Of a DNA stretch of 35,733 nucleotides, positions 1-8,560 are shown piece after piece; position 1 is the first letter of the stretch, and every line of letters begins with the position of its first letter. Below the pieces are notes generated by a model, which worked only from the letters and a program-made list of their open reading frames with translations, was not told the origin of the DNA and ran no database searches. Made by a program: the position numbers and the translations under genes. This DNA is from Planctomycetes bacterium DG_23 (GTDB lineage Bacteria; Planctomycetota; DG-23). Location of the stretch: contig LIZR01000005.1 in assembly GCA_001302825.1 (NCBI GenBank), positions 1 to 35,733 on the forward strand, read 5' to 3'.

Positions 1-447
1 CACGGAAATGGGACGCAAGAGGCTTTTTATGAAGACCCGGGCGTACTTTACATCTCATTTCATCTTTTTCCTTTCTATCCGGGAACCGGCAGACCGGAGG
101 AGACCGGCCGGGGCCCGGGCGCCGGTTTCACAGTGAATGTGCCCATTGGTTGGAGGACGGACCGGCAGGAATATCTCAATGTATTTCAGAAGACACTGCA
201 AGAGAAAGTACCTCCCTTTGAGCCCCAGTTTCTGCTCATTTCCGCCGGCTTTGATGCTCATCGGGCCGACCCTCTGGCTGCGCTTCTCCTGGAAGCCGAG
301 GACTTCGGCCGAATGACCGAGATGGTCGTGGAACTGGCCGCGCGCTTCGCCTCCGGACGCTTGGTCTCTGTGCTTGAGGGGGGCTATCATCCCACATTCC
401 TTCCTTTATCTCTTGAGGCACATTTGAGGGCTCTTTCTCTTGCCTGA
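1..447 (+). CDS. Histone deacetylase / acetylpolyamine amidohydrolase family protein, 3' part (5' end lies outside the window)
   Basis: Frame 1 is open from base 1; the ORF track only shows it from the internal Met at 133. Translation starts HGNGTQEAFYEDPGVLYISFHLFPFYPGTGRPEETGRGPGAGFTVNVP and continues FEPQFLLISAGFDAHRADPLA...VSVLEGGYH. HGNGTQ, FYPGTG, SAGFDAH and EGGY are motifs of the arginase/deacetylase fold. Stop TGA 445-447. Confidence 0.85.
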   Translation, partial: HGNGTQEAFYEDPGVLYISFHLFPFYPGTGRPEETGRGPGAGFTVNVPIGWRTDRQEYLNVFQKTLQEKVPPFEPQFLLISAGFDAHRADPLAALLLEAEDFGRMTEMVVELAARFASGRLVSVLEGGYHPTFLPLSLEAHLRALSLA

Positions 448-448
448 A

Positions 449-471
449 GGCCTCTTTAGGCCGGGCTTTTT
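449..471 (+). terminator. Possible weak intrinsic terminator after the HDAC-family gene
   Basis: GGCCT (449-453) pairs with AGGCC (458-462), CTTT loop, followed by GGGCTTTTT. The stem is only 5 bp, so support is weak. Confidence 0.3.
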
Positions 472-549
472 CCTTGCTTTTCTCATATCTTGCAGTAAAA
501 TAAGAAAAAACTCAGTTTAATCTCACCCATTGTGAAAGGAGGCCTTTAG

Positions 550-1539
550 ATGGCAGCCAGGATTATTGACGGCGAAAAGATAGCGGCGCAGATTAAAGAG
601 GGCCTCAGAAAAGATGTAGAGGAACTCGCTGGCAAGGGCAAATGTCCGCATATAGCGGGAGTTATGGTGGGCGAAAATCCGGGGGTGCGGGTGTATGTGC
701 GCAGTCAGGAGCGGGCCTGCGAGGAACTGGGGATAAAATATACCCTGGACCAGCACCCGGATACTATGACTGAAGAAGCCCTCGCCGGCCGCATCCAGGA
801 ACTAAACGGCGACCCGGAGATAACCGGCATCATTCTTTTGATGCCTGTGCCTGCCGGAATAAATGCCCGGCGCATCCAGGCGCAGATAAACCCGGATAAG
901 GATGTAGAAGGAATGAACCCGCAGAATTTAGGCAGGCTCATTTACGGGACGCCCCTGCTCGGCCCCTGCACCGCGGTGGGGGCGGTGGAACTGCTCAAAA
1001 CCACAGGCGTTCCTATCGAAGGCGCTGAGGCCGTGGTTGTTGGCCATAGCGAGATTGTGGGAAAACCCATTGCCGTTTTGCTTCTCGGCCTTAATGCCAC
1101 GACCCATATATGCCATATTTTTACCAAGGATTTGGCGTACCATACCAAGAATGCGGACATTTTGTTCATTGCTGCGGGAAAGTCCGGGGCCGTCTGGCAG
1201 CGCTACTGGAAGGAGAAGAGAAAGTATAATGAGAACCCTGAGGGCGAGCCGCCGGCCTTGCCGGATTTGTCGCCACTCATTAAGGCCGATATGCTGAAAC
1301 CCGGGGTGGTCATCATAGATGTGGCCATAAACCGTATTCCGGAGGCCCTGGATGAAAGTGGCGACCCGGTCTTGAGCGAAAAGGGAAGGCCCCAGATGAA
1401 GACCACCGGCGATGTGGATTTTGAAGGGGCAAAGGAAATAGCCTCTTGGATTACCCCTGTTCCCGGTGGAGTGGGCCCGATGACCGTGGCCATGCTCTTG
1501 AAAAATGCGGTAGAGGCGGCGAAGATGGCGGTTGGCTAA
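550..1539 (+). CDS. folD: Bifunctional 5,10-methylene-THF dehydrogenase / methenyl-THF cyclohydrolase (FolD), long form
   Basis: ATG 550 preceded by AAAGGAGG (535-542, 7-nt spacing). MAARIIDGEKIAAQIKE, GVMVGENPGVRVYVRSQERACEELGI, NPDKDVEGMNP, VVVGHSEIVGKP and ITPVPGGVGPMTVAML are canonical FolD motifs. 329 aa versus about 285 for typical FolD. Confidence 0.93.
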   Translation: MAARIIDGEKIAAQIKEGLRKDVEELAGKGKCPHIAGVMVGENPGVRVYVRSQERACEELGIKYTLDQHPDTMTEEALAGRIQELNGDPEITGIILLMPVPAGINARRIQAQINPDKDVEGMNPQNLGRLIYGTPLLGPCTAVGAVELLKTTGVPIEGAEAVVVGHSEIVGKPIAVLLLGLNATTHICHIFTKDLAYHTKNADILFIAAGKSGAVWQRYWKEKRKYNENPEGEPPALPDLSPLIKADMLKPGVVIIDVAINRIPEALDESGDPVLSEKGRPQMKTTGDVDFEGAKEIASWITPVPGGVGPMTVAMLLKNAVEAAKMAVG

Positions 1540-1617
1540 TTGGAATTGGTGAAGCCGAACCGCGCTCAGCAGAGAGGTGTAGGGAAAAATTGGAGGCTGC
1601 TTGGATAGCTTTTTGCA

Positions 1618-2337
1618 ATGGCACGCAAAATTCTAAATATCGCTCACCGCGGCTGGTCAGCAGAGTTTCCGGAAAACACTTTGAGCGCTTTCCGTGCTGC
1701 TTGCGAGTTGGGAGTGGATATGGTTGAGGTGGATGTGCGGCTCACCAATGACGGCGAACTGGTGGCTATGCACGATAGGGAGGTTTCCCGCACCACGAAT
1801 GGGAAAGGGTCGGTGAGCCAACTTACCCTCAAGCAGATAAAATCGTTGGATGCCGGGAGTTGGTTTGATAAGCGTTTTTCCGGGGAAAAGGTGCCTACGC
1901 TAAAAGAGGTGCTGGATGTAGTGAGCGGTAAATCCGGCATCCTGATGGAAGTAAAAGGGCCGGGTAAAGGGACGGAACAAGTCATAGAACGCATCCTGGA
2001 ATTGGCTGACGGTTTCCCCGGCCCCTTAATCGTGCAATCCTTCAATTCCCGCTTTCTGGCCAAGTTTAAAGAGCGCGCCCCGCAGATAACTACCGGGATT
2101 TGTTCCCGCCAGCCGGATATAGTGCAGCGCGCCCTCAAGGCCCGCTGTCAGGGAATTCATTTCGGCTGGCTTTCACTTGCGGCCACGGCGCTGGGAGCAG
2201 CGCGCAAGCACGGCCTGCAAATTTTCGCCTGGACGGCCAAGCGGCGCCGGGATATAGAAATAATCCTACATTTGGATGTGGACGGCATCATCACTGACTG
2301 CCCGGATGTGCTCAAGCAGCGGCTCAAATCCCGCTGA
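1618..2337 (+). CDS. Glycerophosphodiester phosphodiesterase (GDPD family)
   Basis: ILNIAHRGWSAEFPENTLSAF...GVDMVEVDVRLTNDGELVAMHD gives the HRG / ENT / E-x-D ... HD catalytic pattern of GDPD/UgpQ-type enzymes. 239 aa is a typical size. Confidence 0.85.
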   Translation: MARKILNIAHRGWSAEFPENTLSAFRAACELGVDMVEVDVRLTNDGELVAMHDREVSRTTNGKGSVSQLTLKQIKSLDAGSWFDKRFSGEKVPTLKEVLDVVSGKSGILMEVKGPGKGTEQVIERILELADGFPGPLIVQSFNSRFLAKFKERAPQITTGICSRQPDIVQRALKARCQGIHFGWLSLAATALGAARKHGLQIFAWTAKRRRDIEIILHLDVDGIITDCPDVLKQRLKSR

Positions 2338-2376
2338 GCCTTCGTTGCGGGAAGAAGTTTCCTTGGCAGACCCTTC

Positions 2377-2730
2377 TTATTCTTCCTTTGCCTCAAGTTC
2401 CTTTATGCGCCATTTCAAAATAGCCAGATGCTGCGCCAATTCCTTATTCCTATCGGCAAGGCTGGAGATGATAGTGGAAAATTGTAAGAGAATCATCACC
2501 AGGAACAGGAAGGAAAGCACCAGAAGGGCGGTGAGGTAAAAAAGTCCGGTCACCTTTGCGATAAAACCAACCGAGCCCGGCCAGAAAGCAAAGACCAGCA
2601 TAACCACTGCAGTAAGTAGCCAGAGCAGTGAATACTCTTCCCGAAGTTTACCCCGCCTTATAAGTTCCAGCACCAAAAGCAGTAGGCCAAAGGCTATAAC
2701 GCCGATAGTGAGTTGTATCCTGATTATCAC
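2377..2730 (-). CDS. Small multi-TM membrane protein, DUF2304-like; probable partner of the adjacent GT2
   Basis: 117 aa with a GTG start overlapping the GT2 stop (GTGA). It has several hydrophobic segments, an RRGKLREEYSLLWLL motif that I associate with DUF2304 proteins (usually next to GT2 genes), and a charged coiled C-terminal tail. The family call is from memory. Confidence 0.6.
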   Translation of the reverse strand: MIIRIQLTIGVIAFGLLLLVLELIRRGKLREEYSLLWLLTAVVMLVFAFWPGSVGFIAKVTGLFYLTALLVLSFLFLVMILLQFSTIISSLADRNKELAQHLAILKWRIKELEAKEE

Positions 2731-3455
2731 TTTTCACTCCTTTCGTCAAACTTCGGTTTTTTCTTGAAAAGGCCAATCATCAAGGCCAAAAGAACCTTAA
2801 TCATATAATAAACTGACCGGCCCGGCGTGATGGAAGAGGCCCCGGCCAACCGAGGGCTCATAGTTACCGGGATTTCGGTAATCTTAAATCCGGCGCGATG
2901 AAGAAGAACGATGGATTCGGGCTCAGGATAATCGGTAGGATAAATGCTGGCGAGGAATTCAATAGTTCTTACGCACACGGCCCGAAAGCCAGAGGTGACA
3001 TCTCTAATCCTCTGACGGATAATTAGAGAGATGAAAGTGCTTAGGATCAACATCCCTAAACGGCGCACCAGAGGTGCCGGATACGAGGTTTTATTTCCGA
3101 AAAATCTGGAGCCAATAACCATATCCGCCTGGTGATGGGACAGGGAATTAGTTAGTTTAGCGATTTCGCTGGCCGGATGCTGCCCGTCGGCATCAACCTG
3201 GACGACAACAGAATAATCCATTTCTCGGGCGAATTTGAAGCCGGTTTGTTGGGCAACTCCTATGCCCATATTATAGGGCAGGTCTATCACTGCTGCGCCT
3301 TCGGCCTTGGCCTTATGGGAGGTGTGGTCGATGGAACCATCGTTAACTACTAAAATATGGACATCAGGTAGATGTGATTTTATATCCCGCACCACTTTCG
3401 CTATGGTTTGCTCTTCGTTATAAGCAGGAATTATGACCAGAGTTTTGGCAGACAT
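2727..3455 (-). CDS. GT2 (GT-A fold) glycosyltransferase, polyprenyl-phosphate sugar synthase type (DPM1/GtrB/ArnC-like)
   Basis: LVIIPAYNEEQTI, VVNDGSIDHT and VVQVDADGQH (DxD), followed by a C-terminal hydrophobic helix. ATG at 3455 overlaps the stop of the upstream GT-C gene (TGATG). The ORF-track start at 3458 is an in-frame GTG one codon upstream. Confidence 0.85.
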   Translation of the reverse strand: MSAKTLVIIPAYNEEQTIAKVVRDIKSHLPDVHILVVNDGSIDHTSHKAKAEGAAVIDLPYNMGIGVAQQTGFKFAREMDYSVVVQVDADGQHPASEIAKLTNSLSHHQADMVIGSRFFGNKTSYPAPLVRRLGMLILSTFISLIIRQRIRDVTSGFRAVCVRTIEFLASIYPTDYPEPESIVLLHRAGFKITEIPVTMSPRLAGASSITPGRSVYYMIKVLLALMIGLFKKKPKFDERSEK

Positions 3456-5071
3456 CACTGACTTCCAGGCTTTGAATTATCTTGAGCAGGATATTTCAAC
3501 CTGTAAATCTTAGCATGCTCGTCGATTTTTGCAAGTGGATGGGAAACGAGTTCAAGGTCTTGAGGATTTAACTTATTCCAAAAATCGGGGCATATTCTGT
3601 CAAACTTCCTATCCACGATTAGGAAATCCGCTCCAGCGGACCGGGCCTTAAGCATAATATCTTCGTAACTACCCCACGTAACCCTGTGGAAGCCAGCGCC
3701 GGCATAAAAGGCCTCCTGTGGCTTTTGGGAGGCGATGGTGAATTCCGCCAGTCCAGAATTCTCTTTGAGCCAGCGTCCAACTTCTTTCTGCCAGGCCCGG
3801 TGTGCACGAATAGGACGAAGCCCTCTGGGCAAGCAGGCACCAAGGATAGCCAGTATAATTATACTGCTTGTCAGAAAAGACCAGTGCCTGGCCGAAGCCT
3901 TCCCCTGCACCGGCCCCCATTCTGAAAATCGTTCATCAATTTCCCAGAACCCCACCGCTGCCCACGATAAGGCCATAGGGATGAAGGCGTAAAGATATCT
4001 ATCGTTTATGGGAATGTTTGCCGAGAACGCCAGGTATCTGGGCATGATGAAGGAAAGGATATAGGCTTCACCGAGTCTAAAGCGCGGCAGTCTTTTTCTT
4101 TTAATGAGGCCAAAGGGAAGAAAAATGAGAAAGGCAGGATAGTATGACTTGGCCAGGCCCTGCAGGGCATCGGGAAAGTTCAGTAAAAGCCTTCGGGGCA
4201 TTCTTTGAGCAATTTTTAGATAAGGGGCCAGGCCCGGCTCGTAAAAGTCTTCCCCATATAAAAAATTAGCCTTTACCCTGTTGGTGCGGATTCTTATCAG
4301 TCTCGCTGGCGATTGATGGAATAAGACCATAAAAATTGAAGCGAAGATTACAAGAAGACCCAGGCAGATGGCACTGGCAGCGAGTTTCCAGCGCCACTCC
4401 TTTCTTATAGTGCGAATCCGGTAAAGCCAGAGCCAGCCCGTTACCACGAATGTAGGCAGAAGACCTTCCCACCGGGTCATAGATATAAGCAGCAAAAGAA
4501 TGCCGATAGGGACGAAAAGGAAGACCTTTTTTCTCTGGATACCAACCCAGGCGAGATAGGCGATGGAAGTCAAAAGGAAAAAGTAGGTGGCTTCGGTAAG
4601 GACCTCGGCAGAGGCCTGCAGGAGATAGGGATGGATGATGTAAAAGAAAACGGTTAAGGCAGCGACCTTTCGGTCAAAGATATCCTTTACCAAGAAAAAA
4701 AGCGGAAAGACCGTTAAAGACCCCAGAAAGAGTGAAACCATCCTGCCGGAGAGTTCAACATCGCCGAATATATACGAGAAAAGGCGAGTAAGGATAGGCA
4801 AGAAAGGAGGATAGTGTGGATAGTAGGGAGAAGGCATTTTGGGCAGGGCCTTAGCAAGCCAGAGATAAGCACAGCCATCTGCAGCAACTCCTTTAGCCGT
4901 CAGAACCATAAAGAGCTTTAGGGCGAAAGCAGCTATGAAGAGAACCAGGACTATCTTGCGGTTTCTAAAAAAAGCCCCTAATTTGCAGCAGGAGTTTCCT
5001 GCCTCGGCTTGTGCATCAGGAATTGCCATAGTCCTTGAACTTTCGCTGGTTAACTTCAAGGTAAAAAGCAC
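3455..5071 (-). CDS. GT-C fold membrane glycosyltransferase (ArnT/PMT-like), paralog 1
   Basis: More than 10 hydrophobic segments followed by a soluble C-terminal domain. It shares long identical blocks with the next gene. The start is uncertain: GTG 5071 (GGTGGA 6 nt upstream) or ATG 5029 (MAIPDAQ...). Confidence 0.75.
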   Translation of the reverse strand: MLFTLKLTSESSRTMAIPDAQAEAGNSCCKLGAFFRNRKIVLVLFIAAFALKLFMVLTAKGVAADGCAYLWLAKALPKMPSPYYPHYPPFLPILTRLFSYIFGDVELSGRMVSLFLGSLTVFPLFFLVKDIFDRKVAALTVFFYIIHPYLLQASAEVLTEATYFFLLTSIAYLAWVGIQRKKVFLFVPIGILLLLISMTRWEGLLPTFVVTGWLWLYRIRTIRKEWRWKLAASAICLGLLVIFASIFMVLFHQSPARLIRIRTNRVKANFLYGEDFYEPGLAPYLKIAQRMPRRLLLNFPDALQGLAKSYYPAFLIFLPFGLIKRKRLPRFRLGEAYILSFIMPRYLAFSANIPINDRYLYAFIPMALSWAAVGFWEIDERFSEWGPVQGKASARHWSFLTSSIIILAILGACLPRGLRPIRAHRAWQKEVGRWLKENSGLAEFTIASQKPQEAFYAGAGFHRVTWGSYEDIMLKARSAGADFLIVDRKFDRICPDFWNKLNPQDLELVSHPLAKIDEHAKIYRLKYPAQDNSKPGSQ

Positions 5072-5145
5072 CTGTTTTCCACCACTTTCGCTATGGTTTG
5101 CTCTTCGTTATAAGCAGGAATTATGACCAGAGTTTTGGCAGACAT
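5056..5145 (-). pseudogene. Fossil 5' fragment of the GT2 gene (22 codons) left by the tandem duplication
   Basis: 5080-5145 is base-for-base identical to 3390-3455, which is codons 1-22 of GT2 (MSAKTLVIIPAYNEEQTIAKVV). Seven unrelated codons and TGA at 5056-5058 follow. No catalytic domain follows. The TGATG overlap with the upstream stop is retained. Confidence 0.85.
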
Positions 5146-6704
5146 CACTGACTTCCAGGATTTGAACTATCTTGAGCAGGATATTTCAACCTGTAAATCT
5201 TAGCATGCTCGTCGATTTTTGCAAGTGGATGGGAAACGAGTTCAAGATCCTCGGGACTAAACTTGCTCCAGAAATCCGGACATATTTCATCAAACTTGCT
5301 GTCAACGATTAGAAAATCTACCCTGGCCGCCCTGGCCTCACGCATAATATTTTCATAGGTCCCCGGCTTAAGTTGTTGGAAGCCAGCGCCGGCATAAAAG
5401 GCCTCCTGCGGCTTTCGGGAGGCGATGGTGAATTCCTTTGTTCCGGAATTTTCTTTGAGCCAGCGCCCAATTTCCTTCTGCCAGGCCCGGTGTGCTCTAA
5501 TAGGACGAAGCCCTTTGGGCAAGCAAGCACCAAGGATAGCAACCATAATCAAACTGCTTATAAGGAATGACCAGCGCCTGGCCGAGAGAGTACCTCGGCT
5601 TAGCGCCCGTTCTGAAACTCTTTCATTTATCTCCCAGAAGCCCACCGCAGCCCAGGATAGAGCCATAGGGATGAAGGCGTATAGATATCTATCAGTTACC
5701 GGTATCAGTGCCGCTATTACCGGTATCCTGACCATAAGGAAGGAAAGGATATAGACTTCACCAACTCTAAAGCCGGGCAGCCGTTTTCTCCTGATTAGGC
5801 CAAAGGGAAGGAGAATGAGAAAGGCAGGATAATATGACTTGGCCAGCCGCCGCAAGGTGCGGGGCAAGTTTCGCACGAATCTAAGCGGCATTCTCTGAGC
5901 AATTTTTAGATAAGGTCCCAGGCCCGGCTCGTAAAGGTCTTCCCCGCGCAAGAAAACATTCTTTACGTTGATGAGGCGGTTTTCTATCAGTCTCGCTGGC
6001 GATTGATAGAATAAGACCATAAAAATTGAAGCCAAGATCACAAAAAGACCCAGGCAGATAGCAGTGGCAGTGAGTTTCCAGCGCCACTCCGTCTTGATTC
6101 TCCGCCCGTGCCAAAACCACACCCAGCCTATTACCACGAAGGTTGGCAGAATTCCTTCCCAGCGGGTCAGAGATATAAGAGGCAGAAGGATACCGATAGG
6201 GACGAAAAAAAGCGCCTTTTTCTTATGTACAGCCACCCAGGCGAGATAGGCGGTGGAGGTTAAGAGGAAAAAGTAGGTGGCCTCAGTGAGGGTCTCTGCG
6301 GAGGCCTGTAGTAGATAGGGATGAATGATGTAAAAGAAAACGGTCAGAACTGCGACCTTGTGGTCGAAGATATCTTTCACTAAGAAGAAAAGCGGAAAAA
6401 CAGTCAGAGAGCCCAGGAAGAGCGAGACCATCCTGCCGGAGAGTTCAACATCGCTGAATATGTAGGTAACAGCACGAATGAGGAAGGGGAACAGGGGAGG
6501 AAGGAATAGGTCTGGCCTCTGCGGAGAAACCATTTTGGGGAGGGCTTGTGAAAGCCAGAGATACCCACAGCCATCTTTGGCCACTCCTTTGGCGGTGAAA
6601 ACGGAGATGAGCCGAAGCCCCAAGGCGAGCAAAAAAAGCACCAGAAGTATGCGCCCTCTGTGGTCTTCTTCTGAAAATATTTTTGAAAAATGTCTCCTTA
6701 GCAT
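5145..6704 (-). CDS. GT-C fold membrane glycosyltransferase (ArnT/PMT-like), paralog 2
   Basis: 519 aa, ATG 6704 with GAAGG 8 nt upstream. Identical to paralog 1 over blocks such as DVELSGRMVSLFLGSLTVFPLFFLVKDIF and the C-terminus DLELVSHPLAKIDEHAKIYRLKYPAQD. The N-terminal ~45 aa are unrelated. Confidence 0.8.
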   Translation of the reverse strand: MLRRHFSKIFSEEDHRGRILLVLFLLALGLRLISVFTAKGVAKDGCGYLWLSQALPKMVSPQRPDLFLPPLFPFLIRAVTYIFSDVELSGRMVSLFLGSLTVFPLFFLVKDIFDHKVAVLTVFFYIIHPYLLQASAETLTEATYFFLLTSTAYLAWVAVHKKKALFFVPIGILLPLISLTRWEGILPTFVVIGWVWFWHGRRIKTEWRWKLTATAICLGLFVILASIFMVLFYQSPARLIENRLINVKNVFLRGEDLYEPGLGPYLKIAQRMPLRFVRNLPRTLRRLAKSYYPAFLILLPFGLIRRKRLPGFRVGEVYILSFLMVRIPVIAALIPVTDRYLYAFIPMALSWAAVGFWEINERVSERALSRGTLSARRWSFLISSLIMVAILGACLPKGLRPIRAHRAWQKEIGRWLKENSGTKEFTIASRKPQEAFYAGAGFQQLKPGTYENIMREARAARVDFLIVDSKFDEICPDFWSKFSPEDLELVSHPLAKIDEHAKIYRLKYPAQDSSNPGSQ

Positions 6705-6736
6705 CTAAAATACCTTCTACGCCAGAACATCCGGTA

Positions 6737-8419
6737 TCATTTGTTACTCGGTGCCTTGACGATATATAACACAACAGGGTAATGGCTTTTAGGCCAGGGC
6801 AATCTCGCCATAAAGGAGCCCTTTTTCTCTAAAGGGCCTCCTACAATTTCCACCGGATAATTAGTGGTCAGAAACTGTCCCACTTGCTTATCCATTCTGT
6901 GTTCAACATAGGCAATGGAATAGCCTCCATTCAAAATTGAATCAGTCAGTTCCTTTAACTGCTGCCGGGAGAGACTCCTGGTGTTTGTAAAGACAGGTCT
7001 GTGAGGGAAAAGCCCTACATCCCAATAACAAGTCAAGACGACCGTTTTCTCTCCGGTGTGGGCTAATACAAAATTGGACACATTACGAAAATAGAGTCGG
7101 GCCAAAGTCTTTTCAATCAGCCCCCAGGGAGCAAAGACAAATGTAAAGAGGCTAAATGCTATCAGAATAAGAAGGGCCGGTTTTTGAGCAGAAGGGGCAA
7201 AGGCGGAAAGCGCAACCGTTGCCCAAATGGGCAAAAGCGCAAGAAGCGGCAACAGATATCTCAGAAATGATGAGCCCAAAGTCAAGAAATTCTCTCTGGC
7301 CACCTCGGGGTCTCCATAACCATAAGGCATAAAGTTGCCAAAGAACCAAATCGGAAGTAGCAAAATCACCAGGCCGAGGGAGGCCTTGAGCCAGGTAATC
7401 CTGCGCCGCCTCACCCAGAGATATAGACCGACCAGGCTGAAAACGAAGACCGGGGCAGCCAGACTAAAAGAGACCGGAATCGACAAAAAGTTGAGCCTTA
7501 GCCATATTAAGGAAGGCCGTAACAGGAGTTCTAAACCGAGGGAAAGACCGCTTATGGAACTTGTGGCCAAGGTGGAGAACCCCCTGTGCAAGGAGTGTGG
7601 ATATCCCGTAGCCAAAGGAGAGCCATATAAAAAATTGAGATAAACCATAAGCAAGACTATGAAAAAACACCCCGAAGCAAGGGAAAGAAGCAGATGCCGT
7701 TTCCTGAGCCTTTTCCAATTCCAATAGATAGGAAAGCCCAGGGCCGGAAGAAAAATCACGCTCGAGTACCTGGCCCAAACCAGAAGTCCACAACAGGCGC
7801 CAAAAATAATATAATATGTCTTTTTGTTCTCACTCACCGCCTTCGACAGGGCCAGAAGCCCTGCCAGAAATAGCACTAAATTGAGCATGCCCGCCAGCAG
7901 CGAAGTTGCCAGCCAGGCAAATATGGGCGTCACAGCCAAAAGCAGTGCGGACCATAGGGCCCCTCTATCATCTTCTAAAATGATGCGGGAGAGGTGATAG
8001 CACAGATAAATCGCGACAGTGGCTAATAACGGATCAACTATTAAGGCCCAGGAATCAGGAAAAGCCAGTTTGAATAACCCTAAAAGAAAGATGAGCCCGG
8101 GAGACACTCCCGGTGCCGCCTGGCCCTTTTCATTATTGACGAAAGCCCTGGGAAGGAGTCCCCTGATGCCTAATTCAACCTCTGCCGGCATATGAGAAGT
8201 AATCTTGCCGCGACTGGCCAGCAAAGTAGAAAAATAATCGTAATTGGCTTCGTCCGGTGAGAGGTGATGCCTGGCTACCAGCCAGGGCGATGCATAAAAT
8301 ACAAAACAAGCGATGAGGAGATAAAAAATGCGCCCTCTTTGGCTATTTGTTTTTCCGCTTCTCACCACAATTCTCTTTCTTAGCTGTGCCTTTTGGGTCC
8401 AATTGAAGAAATCCGCCAC
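6737..8419 (-). CDS. Multi-pass membrane protein, probable GT-C glycosyltransferase (third in the row)
   Basis: 560 aa. It has an acidic SPDEANYDY motif in the first predicted external loop after TM1, more than 10 hydrophobic segments and a soluble C-terminal domain of about 110 aa. The only upstream start in the ORF is GTG 8419 (GGAGG just 3 nt upstream), so the true start is uncertain. Confidence 0.55.
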   Translation of the reverse strand: MADFFNWTQKAQLRKRIVVRSGKTNSQRGRIFYLLIACFVFYASPWLVARHHLSPDEANYDYFSTLLASRGKITSHMPAEVELGIRGLLPRAFVNNEKGQAAPGVSPGLIFLLGLFKLAFPDSWALIVDPLLATVAIYLCYHLSRIILEDDRGALWSALLLAVTPIFAWLATSLLAGMLNLVLFLAGLLALSKAVSENKKTYYIIFGACCGLLVWARYSSVIFLPALGFPIYWNWKRLRKRHLLLSLASGCFFIVLLMVYLNFLYGSPLATGYPHSLHRGFSTLATSSISGLSLGLELLLRPSLIWLRLNFLSIPVSFSLAAPVFVFSLVGLYLWVRRRRITWLKASLGLVILLLPIWFFGNFMPYGYGDPEVARENFLTLGSSFLRYLLPLLALLPIWATVALSAFAPSAQKPALLILIAFSLFTFVFAPWGLIEKTLARLYFRNVSNFVLAHTGEKTVVLTCYWDVGLFPHRPVFTNTRSLSRQQLKELTDSILNGGYSIAYVEHRMDKQVGQFLTTNYPVEIVGGPLEKKGSFMARLPWPKSHYPVVLYIVKAPSNK

Positions 8420-8560
8420 TCACCTCCGACTTTTTTCTTTATACTGTTGAAAAACAGCACTTCGGAGTCCCAACCCACACCAGGGCGCGCTCCTTTCGTC
8501 CCAAAAGCGTTTCAGCTCATCCAATATGGGGGAGATAATATTCTATGACCATTAGTATTT

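Larger units (their letters stand above)
3390..6704. repeat. Tandem duplication, unit 1690 bp (3390-5079 and 5080 to about 6700)
   Basis: 3390-3556 equals 5080-5246 except for 2 mismatches (3470/5160, 3477/5167). Homology continues in mosaic fashion through both GT-C genes and fades near their 5' ends. Confidence 0.9.
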
